Assembly (NCBI RefSeq): GCF_006345805.1
Contig: NC_043018.1
Span: forward strand, 12,958,001-13,022,000
Direction of reading: 5' to 3'
Origin: Octopus sinensis
Lineage: Eukaryota
Length of the DNA: 64,000 nucleotides
Below the pieces are notes generated by a model, which did not search any database, was not told the DNA's origin, and saw nothing but the letters and a program-made list of their open reading frames with translations. Position 1 is the stretch's first letter. Every line of letters begins with the position of its first letter. The translations under genes and the position numbers were made by a program. This document shows positions 43,054-55,600 of the stretch, piece after piece.

Positions 43054-43238
43054 TTATTCCGTTACTTCATTCTGGAGGATTTGTGATGTGTCGTTTTCTG
43101 CATTTCTTATGGCTGAAATGATGTCCTGGGCAGCAGCTTTCTTCTCAGCAGTTAGTCGTTTCAGTTCTGGGTGGAAGAGGAAGACGAGGGACAAAACACA
43201 AAGCAGGACCAATACACCACTTCCAAAGAAATTGGAGA
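43054..43238 (-). CDS. SLC49A3: SLC49A3 terminal coding exon (ISNFFGSG...FHPELKRLTAE...EVTE*)
   Basis: ctttcttgcag|TC TCC; TAA at 43056-43054. Confidence 0.85.
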
Positions 43239-46200
43239 CTGCAAGAAAGATAGAGGAATTTGTAGGTAAAGAAATCAGCTTATATACTAATATATATATA
43301 TGCATGCATACATACATACATACAATCATACATACATATGCTTGAGAAGACCCGGCAAGCCAAATGAGACCGTAACCTTGTGGCCTAGGCCAGGGGTGTA
43401 ACCAGCCCACTTGTGCATACCTTTCCTTTGTTGGACACTAAAGTCTGCTTGCAAAGACCTGTTGAGGCAAGTGAAATTGAAATCAAAGTCGATGACTGGC
43501 ATCTGTGCTAGTGGATTGCTAAGAGCACCATCTGAGCGTGATCGTTGCCAGAGCGGCTCACTGGCGTTTGTGCTGGTGGCACATGAAAAGCACCATTCGA
43601 GCGTGATCATTACCACTGTTGCCTTACTGGCACTTGTGCCGGTGTGCAGGTGACACGTAAAAAAAAAAACACCATTTGGGTGTGGCCGTTGCCAGTACCG
43701 TCTGACTGGCCCTCGTGCCGGTGGCACGTAAAAGCACCCACTACACTCTCGGAGTGGTTGGCATTAGGAAGGGCATTCAGCTGTAGAAACTCTGCCAGAT
43801 CAAGATTGGAGCCTGGTGCAGCCATCTGGTTCGCTAGTCCTCAGTCAAGTCGTCCAACCCATGCCAGCATGGAAAGCGGACGTTAAATGATGATGATACA
43901 TACATGTTTGGTTAATGAGAGATGGAAGATATGAGAATTTATATATATAATACAATGAACTGCTAGAAGACACAGTAATAGCGGCATTAAAAGCTGAAAT
44001 TGAAATAAAAAATATACTCTGCAAAATAGTACACAAACAACCTGTCACTTTGGAGGAATTAAAAATTAAAGCAGAGAAGGATATTTTCATAATAAAAACG
44101 AAAAAATAATGAAGTCAGAAACAAATACAAAAACTCATGTAGCCAAGCATAAGACAGTTTCGAAATGGCATTCGATATGTGATGGGGTACTTATGTATGC
44201 TGAGAGGGTTGTAATACCCGTGTCTTTGCAAAATTGTATGCTAAAAGAATTCCACAAGGGACATCGAGGAATTGCAAGAATGAAAGTACCGGTGATGAGT
44301 TACGTCCACTGATTGAATATGGATCAGGATATTGAAAAATTGGTGAAAGCCTGCAGGGGTTGTACCCTGGCAGCAAAAGCACCAGCTACAAGAATTCAAC
44401 CTTGGCCCAAGACTGACATACCTTGGTCCAGATTACACATAGACTTCACGGGACTGTTAAATGGAGGGCATTATCTAATAGTTGTGGATAGTTACCCGAA
44501 ATGGCTGGAAATATGTAAATGTAGGAAGCCAACCTCCAAAGTAACAATGGAATTTCTGGACAAACTTTTAGCATGATATGACATTCCAGATACTATAGTG
44601 TCTGATAACGGAACATAGTTCATGTTGTAGGAATTTAAAAACTTCTGCAAAATGCATGCAATGGAGTATATTGTTACTCTGCCATACCATCCGAGATTGA
44701 ATGGACTAGCAGAATGCTTTGTAGACACGTTTAAGAAGGCACTGAAAGAAATCTAGGAATGAACTACCAGCTGATACTGCATTAATGCAATTCTTAAGTG
44801 TCTGCTGAATAACACCTAACCCCAACACCACTTCATGTGCGTCGCTGGCTGAACTAATGTTTGCCAGGAAAGTCAGGTCAGTGTTTGATAAGTTATTGCT
44901 GGGAAGACACGAAAAAATTGAGAGAAACACCGAAAATAAGATAAAATACTTCAAGGTGTTTTTTTTTAAATATACAGAGATGCAAAGGTAAGTTGGGAAG
45001 AAGGTACAAGTAAATATTTAGGAAAAATAACGTACATGATAAAGGTTATATGTGAGAACACAAAAGATATTTAAATCAACTGAAAAAACAGTTTATGGAA
45101 GAAAGAATAAGACATGAAGAACCAATAGAATTTCTTTATGACATTTTTGATGTCCCAGTACCTCAAAAAATAGTTGAACCAATGAGTACATCAATTAGGA
45201 AAAGAAAACAAACAGAACTTTTGCAAGTAGAGCCAAAACGAAAAAATATTCCAATTTCTTCCTGGGGAATTAAGTAAAATAAAAAGAGGAGAGGTAGTAA
45301 TAAAGTACAATCATATATATATACATATATATATATACACACACATCTTTAGGCAACTTTATGTATGTAAAAAAATAGGATGGAATGTCATTGATGATGG
45401 GTGTTCTCAGTTAGAGAGGCAGGAGGGGGCGGGGGTCAACTGAGGCTAAACTGCAACAACATAAAAATGGTCGGGTTACTCACTTGTAAAATCTAATGTT
45501 TCACTTGATAAGTTGGTTTTGCACTTGCTTTGACTTCTTTCACTGACAGACATCGGTCGGGCAAGAACCTGCATCACCACAATGAATATCACACCCAAAA
45601 TTTGTCTAAGAAAGAAATACAAGAACGTTACACATAACTTTATTTACATGTAATGCAAAATTAATTTTTTGGATAACTCTTTAACATGTGAAGTATATTT
45701 GCCACTTAAATGTGGCTGACCACTAAGGGTGGATGCTACTGTAGCTTGTAGCCCCAGGAGAACATCTCCAGCTGGCTATTGACACACTTTCTGTGCACTA
45801 CCAGTATTCTGTGCCCTATCAGAAGATGTTCTCCTGGGGCTACAAGCTACAGTAGCATCCACCCTTAGTGGTTAGTCACATTTAAGTGGCAAATATACTT
45901 CACATTGTCGTGCAGTTACTGTTTATACCTCGTTCAGAGATTTATTATTCTTTAAAATGTAATTCTTGTTTATTCACATTGTTTTGAATTCATCATACAT
46001 TATGTTGCGGCCTTGAAATTTTGATGATATAATTGTTCAATTTCAGAAAGACATTGAAGGGTAGGTGTGAAAGGCTGAATCTGGCTGGTTTGAACATAGA
46101 ACCTGTTGAATATCCAGGCTGGATAATGCTGGATTAATGGAAAGGAGCTGAAGTCCACAACAAAAGGATGCTGAAAACAAAATGATGGCAACACAGTTGC

Positions 46201-49200
46201 ATATTTTCTAACAATGAATAATTAAAATTTTTGGAACCAACAATGACCATCAAGTAGGAATGGTCTGTAACACACATTATAGCCCTTCCATTGTTATATT
46301 TCTAATGGAAAACACCACCTGTGTATTTCAGTTACTTCCAAAAATAGTCAAGAATTAGAAAGAGTTGAGTAAACTATTGGTTTTGTCTTGCAGATGCTGG
46401 TGTCATGTAAAAACGCTTGGACAACTCTCTGGCTGACCAGTTCCTGTCAAACCATCCAACCCATGCCAGCAGAGAAAACGAATGTTAAATAATGATGATT
46501 AAGATGATAAAGGCATTGAGCTGACAGAATTGTTGCTCTGCCGGACAAAATGCTTAATGGCGTTTCTTCTGGCTTCAGATTCTGAGGTCAAATTCTGATG
46601 CAGCTGGCTTTGCCTTTCATCCCTTACATCTTCATCTTCATCACTTAGCGTCTGCTTTCCATGGGTTCCACAGTTCGACTGAAACTGGGAAGCTGCAGAG
46701 CTGCCCATATTTTCCTCAAATTTCAGACCTTGTGCCCAGAACAATTATTAAGATGACACTTGTAATGAAAGGTTTAAATTTACATCTAAATACTCTAAAT
46801 TAGTTTTGTATCAAAAAAACAAGAGCTAATCGAAGAAAGGCTGATATCAGAAGGGTTAAAGAGATATCTATGTTTAGAAATGATATCCCACTTTTCAATA
46901 GAGTAGCAATAACAAGAGAAAGCAAAAGAAAAAGAAAAAAAAAAGGTAAGGTCATCAACTTACCCTGCTATCACCAAGAGACCAGAACTAGTTGCTTCGG
47001 CAACAGGAAAAGTACATTCTACAGATGCTTCCATACATGACGGATATAAAGAAAATCCAAACATGCCCAACAAAGAAATACTTGTTGCTATCAAAATTTC
47101 CTTGTTTTCAAAACCTGAAACCTGAATTTAAAAAAATAAAGAAACACATAAATAAAAGTATAAAATGCAATAAAAGTATTCTGAGCAGAAACCCACACAA
47201 AACTGTTAACTGCACTTAAACATTTATTATTTGGAGTCAAAACTTTCACCATAGAATCTGTGACCTGGTCACTGACATGATCAGATGTAGTGAAATATTG
47301 GGTTGTCCAGAAAGTTCGTGCCAATTTATAGTAGCTTACCTTTTGACTTATTTTAGAACATGGTTGAGTCCATAAAATAGGATTTGACTACACCTCCATT
47401 TAAGAGCACAGTTTAACCCTTTCGTTACTATATTTCTGACCAAAATACACCCCTTATGTGTTTCAATTAATTTCTAACGTAATCATAAATTTAGTCTGGT
47501 TTCATTAAACAACTATAACTTTTTTATTTATCAATCTATTAATCTGATTTTTGGAAGATAATTTAATGAAATATTCTCAACCAATTCTAAACTATAATTT
47601 TTGTCACAAAGTGACTCTAATTGCAGGTAGATACAGGTAAATTCAACAAAATATAAAATTATTAAAATTTTGTTCAAACATCGCTATAGAAGATGGCTTA
47701 TTAGCTAATATTCAGTTGGGTATACAACAAAATTTTACGATAGAATTTGTTATTCTGGGTAACTTTCTGATACCCATAATAATATTTATGGCAAAATAGT
47801 CTTAATTTCATTTAAGGTTATGGGAAACCACTAACTATCCTTTCTTTCGTTTTGTTTACATTTAGCGTAACGGTTCGTTTCCGCCGTAATGATTTCAAAT
47901 AGGCTCATTCGAAAAAGTAAAAAGAAATAGTCTAAGGCTTTATTCTCCTGGGAAAGTCTGTGGCTTGGTCCAGTTTCTTCAGAAAAATCACCGAAAGAAA
48001 CAGTTTTTAAATTTTCACTCCATTCAGGTGCCAATTCATTTTCTTTATCGCTGTCGGAGCTCTCGGATTCACTGTTTTCACTTTCGGAAAATGAAACATC
48101 AGATTCATTATCAAATACCACGTGCTTTTTTTTTTCAGTCATAGAGTTAGATTTATGAAGGTCTTCAGTAGAAAATCCTTCGAATTCTGACTCGCTGCTT
48201 GATATAATGAAATTTGTATCCATTTTTTGTCAGAATTATAAATTTTGAAAACACAATAGGAACAAATTTCGGAAAAAAATCTCCCAAAATTCATGGAATT
48301 AAAATTACACTTCGATTTTTGTACAAAACTGTAGTTGAACTCTTTACGAAGTATAATACGTATTTTCACGAATGTACTAAAGAGATTTGCTCTGATATTC
48401 TCATTTAAATATGAATAGGTAAATTTGGGCGGCTTTGGGCGGTTTGGTCACATTAACCAAAATTTTTTTCGGGCAGTTTCAGGTGGTTTGGTAACGAAAG
48501 GGTTAAGCTATCTTTTCGTGGAAGAAATATTATGTTCCTATAACCTGTTCGTAAGCAAGCTACTTACCACACAGCCACTCCTGTGCCAATGTTCATTTTC
48601 AAGGCAAAATGTTACATGAAAATTTAACATTGTTTTTTTTTGTTTTTATGATAATTTTGTTGTTATAATCTGGTTGTAATTTGTTTTCAAATAAAAATAA
48701 TATCCTTTCAAAATAACAAAGTTTGTTAGGTTGAAGTCTGGGGAGGTAACAATATCAGCTGTTGTTTACAGCAGTCAGTTCTATTGTTTTCACATGACAT
48801 CTTCATCATCATCATCATCATTCAACATCCTTTTTCCATGCTGGCATGGGTTAGACAGTTTGGCTGAAGGTGATGAACCGGAGAGCTGCACCAGGTTCCA
48901 GTCTATTTTCATTTGGTTTCTACAGCTGAATGCCCTTTCTATTGCCAAACACTCCACAGAGTGTACTGGGTGTCTTTTGATCTTAAATACCATGCAATAG
49001 AGAATATAATGGAGAATTTAGTAAAATAACTTTTGTCATTATTAAACTGGGATTTGGAACATAAATTAACATGAAAGTTTGGTGGAAAGTTTTAATTTAG
49101 GTCATTTTAAAACAGAGAATGAGGGTATGAAAAAAGTAAAAAAAAAACAAAAAAAAACCAACAATATTGAGTGAACAATAAGATCAAAGGGTAAAAAGTA

Positions 49201-49387
49201 CATTGGGCCTTACCACTGAAAACAATATACTACACAAAGTTGTGATACAAGAAGTAACCTTGATAATGTCTTCAAAACGCTTTGTGTAATCTATCAGGGG
49301 ACCAGCGACGGCAGCACCAACAAGACCAGCTCCAATGAACAAAGCACCACAAAGGCCAGAGAAACGCTAATAATTAAAAAGAAAATA

Positions 49388-49423
<36 letters not shown>

Positions 49424-52400
49424 CATCCAAGATAGACAAAAACCAAGTAGATTCCCAATGTAGATTATGTAAATCAAAAGAGAAATGTTTTTACTAATAT
49501 AGTAAGTGAATGTAGTATGTTGGTAGAGAAAGAATACAAGAAAAGAGATGACAACTTAGGAAGGGTAATCCAGTGGGAGTTATGTAGGATTTGACCATAG
49601 TGATAGATGGTAGGAAGATGAACCTAGTGAAGAGTTAGAAAGTAAGAAATATAGGACGTTGTGGGATTTTAACATTCAGACTGACAGAGCAATAGAATCT
49701 GGGCCTGATTTAGCAGTGTTTGACAAAGAGAACAGAAAGTGCCAAGTAATTGACTTTACAGTCCCAAATGATCAAAAAAAATCAATATAAGGGGTATAAT
49801 AGAGGAAACAGCAAAGTACCAGGACCTAGCCATTGAATTTCAGAGACTATGGAAAGTGCGGGTAAAATGTATCCCAGCAGTTATAGGTGCATTAGGAACT
49901 ATCCCTAATGATTTGAACAGGTGGATAGAGGAAATAGGTATAAAACTTAATTTAGTACAACTTCAGAAAACGGTGTTATTAGGATAATTAAGAAGTTTCT
50001 TGGCATCTAAAGTTAGTTTTTGTAGCACAATGTTAAGAATTTTTCTTTTTGTTGTGTGGACACCCCCCAGACGATAAGTAGGCTAGTCCAATACATATAA
50101 ATAGTGGACGTGATAGCTAGATGGGAAGCGTCGCGTAGAGTGAGCCGGAGCTGTCAGTAGACTAGATGTTGAGTTCTGTTGAGTCGAGTTGTCAGATGTG
50201 AGAGTTCGGTAGTTGAGTAGAGGTACGTTATTGGCGAAGGCATGCCATCCGAACGTGCGATATAACACTTTTTCAATAGTTTAATCTTTTGTGTGTATGT
50301 GAAATAACAATAATAATAATCGTGGTTTTAAATTTTGGCACAAGGCCAGCAATTTTAGGGATAAGTCAATTACATCAACCCCAGTGCTCAACTGGTACTT
50401 ATTTGATCAACCCCCAAAAGAATGAAAGGCAAAGTCAACCTTGCTGGAATTTGAACTCAGAACGTAAAGATGGATGAAATGCTGCTAAGCATTTTGCCAG
50501 GTGTGCTAACGATGCTGCCAGGTGTGCTAACAATTCTGCCAGCTTGCCACCTCAATAACAATAATAATCCTTTCTACTATAGGCACAAGGCCTGCAATTT
50601 GGAGGGAGGAGGATACCCGATCACATTGACCCCCAGTACTCAACTGGTACTTATTTCATTGGCCCTGAAAGAACAAAGGGCAAAGTTGACGTTCATGGAA
50701 TTTGAACCCAGAATGTAAAAACATCAAATGCTGCTAAACGTTTTACCTGGCATGCTAATGCTTCTAATAATAATAATAATAATAACAATATTTCATTATC
50801 CACAATGGCACAGGTGAGGGGGGAACATCACAAAGACAGTCTACAGTTTGGTGGTAGTGGTGGTGGTGGGGGTATTAGGTACATAAAAGACGAGGAGAAA
50901 GAAATGGAAAAAATGGTGAAACGTGATAAAAATATACAAAGGATACAAAGTATGTAATGACATGATGCAGTCCTCTGGCTGCCAGAAGAACCAAGAAACT
51001 CCAACTAGGACCAATCAATAATAATAAGTCAACGAGTGACTAATGAAATATAAAAGAAAAAAATTAAACTCCCTACTTACATTATCATAACCTCGTGGAC
51101 ATAGAATTTGCTGGAATAATGTTGATAATGCAGTGAAAAGACCTAATCCTGCTCCAAAGTTCAGGCACAATGTCACATACGACTTATTTCTTATTAACTG
51201 AAACATAAGCAAAAAAGAAAAAATGAAATTTAGATTTTATTGCACAAACAATAGAAGGGTGGTGAGAACCAAGTCCTGGTGGACACATATGATACTTTTA
51301 TGCTAATTTCCTCAATTAAACTAATTGCTAATTATTGATTTCAAATTTTGGCACAAGGCCAGCAATTTCGAGGGAAGGGGTTAGTTGGTTAAATCAACCC
51401 CAGTGATTGACTGGTACTTATTTTATCGACCCCATGAAAGGATGGAAAGTAAAGTCGACTTTGGTGGAATTTGAACTCAGAACATAAAGACAGATGCTGC
51501 CAAGCATTTTGCCTGGCATGCTAATGATTCTGCTAGCTCACCACCTTTAACTAATTGCAAACTACCACTTTGTTAATAGCACTGTGACCAATTCTGCACT
51601 TCACATGTGGCACTCAGTGCAGGCAAAGTCAATTTGATGGAGAGAGTGATCTGATGTACAGCGAGAAATTGGAAAATCATCTTTCTCGGACTCAAGAGAC
51701 TAGAAACAACAGATGTCACTGCGTATGGCTAACACAACTCTCACGTTCATTTAAACCGAGTTTCCTAAGCAATCACAGAATGTGGAACCAAGTTGAAAGC
51801 CTCTCCAAGACAACAGGTGCAAGCCGTTGGCTTAGAATTTTCCTTGCTGTTACCTTAACAAGAGGATATTAGAAGCTTCCTGTCATGGTAGAAATTCAGA
51901 CTGCATCTCCAGGCAAATTCAAGACTGATTGTCCAGGGGAGTTCTTGGGAGCTCTCTTACACCAACAATCTAATTCTCAGAAGGGAATCACTCTGGAGTC
52001 ACAGGTTTCACTGTAAGTCTGACAAAGACAAAACTCTTAGCAAGAATGAATACAAAATTTCCAGCAGGATCTCTGAAAAGGAACTGTTTCAGATCATGAC
52101 AACTCATCTGACCCATGACAGCATAAGAAAGTGGCTGTAAAAGATGAGGAAGAAGAAGGAGAGGAAGAGGAGGAGGGGGAGGAAAAGGAAGAAGAGGTGG
52201 AAATAAAGTGGAGGAGGAAGGAAAGGAAGAAGAGAAGCAGGAAGAGAAAGAAGGGGAGGAAGAGGAGCAAAAACCAGGAAGAAATAAAGAAGTGACAGAG
52301 AAAACTGAAACGATGCAGAGGGTGATAGTAAGAGGGAGGAGGAGGAGGAAATATTGCCAAACCTGTTTCAGACCAACTAGAAAGGGCTCCGATGGTTTTT

Positions 52401-52577
52401 CTGCACTTGCTGTAGGGGGTGTTGCAGGTACAGATCGACAGACCCCTAAAGTTGCCATTACTGCTCCCAATACAGCAGGGATTGTGTAGATTTCAAGCTT
52501 AAGAAAAAAAAAGGAAAAAGAAAATTACTTGTAAAGAGAGAAAAAAGAAAAATTATAATGAGAGAGAAAGAGAGAGG

Positions 52578-52610
<33 letters not shown>

Positions 52611-55600
52611 GAAAGAGAGAGAGAGAGAGATTAGGGCAGAGCTGACGAAATTCTGTCAATCAAAATAATCTGGTTTTTAGCATTTGCTGTAGACATGAGA
52701 TGAAAGGTAATGGTGTCAGTAAGACCCAAATGCTGAGTAAGTTCTATGAATAGACCATAGTTAAGCTCCAGGTTTGGTGATTATGCGAATGAGGAGTCCA
52801 ACGTAGGTCACATATCAGCATGTGTATATATGAACATTTTTTTTTTCAGAATGAGATAAAAAAAAAAAAACCAAGGCTGTGAAGATTTTAGAACATTTAT
52901 AAATAGAAGCTGTTTCCAGGATATTTATTCTATCCCTTCATCGGAGGCAGTGTGAGAAAACGGTTAAGCAATAGTTAATTTAGATAAGATAGGAAATATT
53001 TTCATTCCTCCACTTCACTCTCTATTTCGTATCTTATCTAAATTAACTATTGCTTAACCATTTTCTCTCACCGTTTCCGATGAAGGGATAGAATAAATAT
53101 CCAAGAAACAGCTGTAACACCTACTTATAAATGTTCTAAAATCTTCACAGCCTTTGTTTTTTTTTATCTCATTCTGAAAAAAATGTTTTTACATATACGT
53201 GTGTGTGTGCATATATATATATAAATAAATAAATACATATATGCATATATGGTGATCCCTCGTAAATTGTAGATGCATGAATGAAGTTCAAGTTAATGTT
53301 TATTACCAAAAGTGGCATTCGGTCTTTGTTGGTAACAATTGCTGGAGAAACCAAATTTGCCACCAGGATTCCAAGTGGATTTGCTGAAAGTAGAAAATGC
53401 TTAGTTTTAATTTTAAATTCACAAATTGCAAAAATGTTGGTAAAGTGCAGGGATTTTAAGAGTACAGTGAATTGTTGTTGTTCTTGTTAAGACTAACAAG
53501 ACAGCTTGGTTCCAATAAGAATGGTAATATATTAATCCTTTTGATTCCAACCAACATTAAACTGGCCTTGGTTCTATGGTACAAACTTTCTTATTTCTTT
53601 ATTGCCCACAAGGGGCTAAACATAGAGGGGACAAACAAGGACAGACAAAGGGATTAAGTCGATTACATCGACCCCAGTGTGTAACTGGTACTTAATTTAT
53701 CGACCCTGAAAGGATGAAAGGCGAAGTTGACCTCGGCGGAATTTGAACTCAGAACGCAGCGGCGGACGAAATACCACAAAGCATTTCGCCAACTTGCCGC
53801 CTTGGTACAAACTTTCTGCTTTAAAGGCATCTAAATTAAAATTTTGTGTAAATTTAGGTTCGAAATACTAGTTCAATATTCTTTCTACTACAGACACAAA
53901 GCCAGAAATTTGAGGGGAGGGGGAAAGTCGATTATATTAATCCCAGTGAGTGACTGGTACTTATTTCATCGACCCCGAAAAGATGAAAGGCAAAGTCGAC
54001 CTCAATGAAATTTGAACTCAGAATGTAGAGACATGAAATGTCGCTGTGCATTTTGTTCTGCGTGCTAAGGATTCTGCCTGTTGCCATTATCATAATGACA
54101 GTTATTTTACTTTATCTTAATTATTTTTTAAATGGATTGAAATACAAAAGATGTAAATCAACAGATATATATATATATATATATATATATTAGCAACAAA
54201 ATGGCTAAAAAACCAATTGTCATGCTGGGGAAAATGCTTATCAGCATTTCATTCATCTTAATAATAGTAATAATAAACATTGTGTACAGTGCTCAGGTGC
54301 ACTACAACTCATCTAAAGTGCATATATAATCAGGTGTAGTTTCGACGGATTTCGGAAAGCATGAGGGCCTTAAAGGATTCAGTGTCATGGCAGTCAACAA
54401 CTGACGCAGGCAGTTTATTCCATGCTTCAGCAACTCTGAGCGTGAAGAAATGTTTCCGAAAGTCATGGGAGCTGTGTTGTTTTCTGACTTTGTAGGCATG
54501 TCCACGTATGTTAGACACATGATCTGAGTTCAAATTCCACTCACACCAACTTTGCCTTCCATCCTTTTGAGATCCAGAGAATAAATACCAGTTAAGCACT
54601 GGGGTTACTGTAATCAACCCCCATAACTGCTGACCTTGTAACAAAATTGGAAACTAACATAAGACACTGATGGATATGAAACATTGGTATTTAGATCACT
54701 ATAAAACTGGAAGTTGTATCATAAAACCAACGGAGTTCTCAGGTAGGCTGGTATCAAAAGAGTACATGTTGTCTTCTTTCACCTCATCATACCCAGGACC
54801 TATATAAGGTAGGGTGAAGCTGGAGGGTGAAGAAGGGTGGTTGGTTACTATTTTTAGCAAGAGAACTGACCATGTAAAGTCTTCCAACAGTAAGTGAACC
54901 AACAAGGTATCTTCAACACAGTTATTCAACCAGCTAAAGATAGCAGTCAAATCTCCCTTATACAACACTGTAAATAAACATTGTAAGGCAATTTTTATTT
55001 AAAGGAGATTTGCTGTTCATTCCCCCCACCCCCAGGATCTCCCTTGATCCTTCTTCACTACTAATTCATCTCCCTTTCCAGCTTCGTCCCAGTTACTCCC
55101 ACCCACTTTTCTATAAGGCAAGCAGTCATCTTCTCTACAGTAAGAAACCAGTCCTGGCCTCTTTCACAACACTAACTTTTTGACCCCTATCATAAAGCTG
55201 CCCTCCTCCTCAACTGTAGCCCCACTTGATCAAAAGCAATCTTAGTCTTGTGAGTTACTCAGGGGCCACATTAGTGCTGGTTCCATGACCAAAGCACCCA
55301 GAGCACTTGGTAAACTGGTTGGCATTAAGAAGGGCATTGAGACAGAGAAACCATGCCAAAGCAGACATTGGAACATGATGCAGTCCTGTAATCCAGTGGT
55401 TATCAACTGGGGTCCGTACGGCCCTTGGGGCGGCGGGGGGGGGGTCATGTAAGATTTTGATGTTAAAATTTATGTGAAATAAATTGGTTAATCTTCCAAA
55501 ATACAAAAAGTATTTTAACATTTTTTTTATATATACAATTCCTAATAATATTTAATTATAAAAATATAACAGGATTTTTTAAAACATGGGGGACCAATAG

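Noticed and set aside
51988-52362. In-frame read-through of the SLC49A3 exon into a Ser/Pro-rich tail
   Set aside because: Purine/pyrimidine low-complexity intron sequence; the canonical donor at 52362 restores homology with the next exon.
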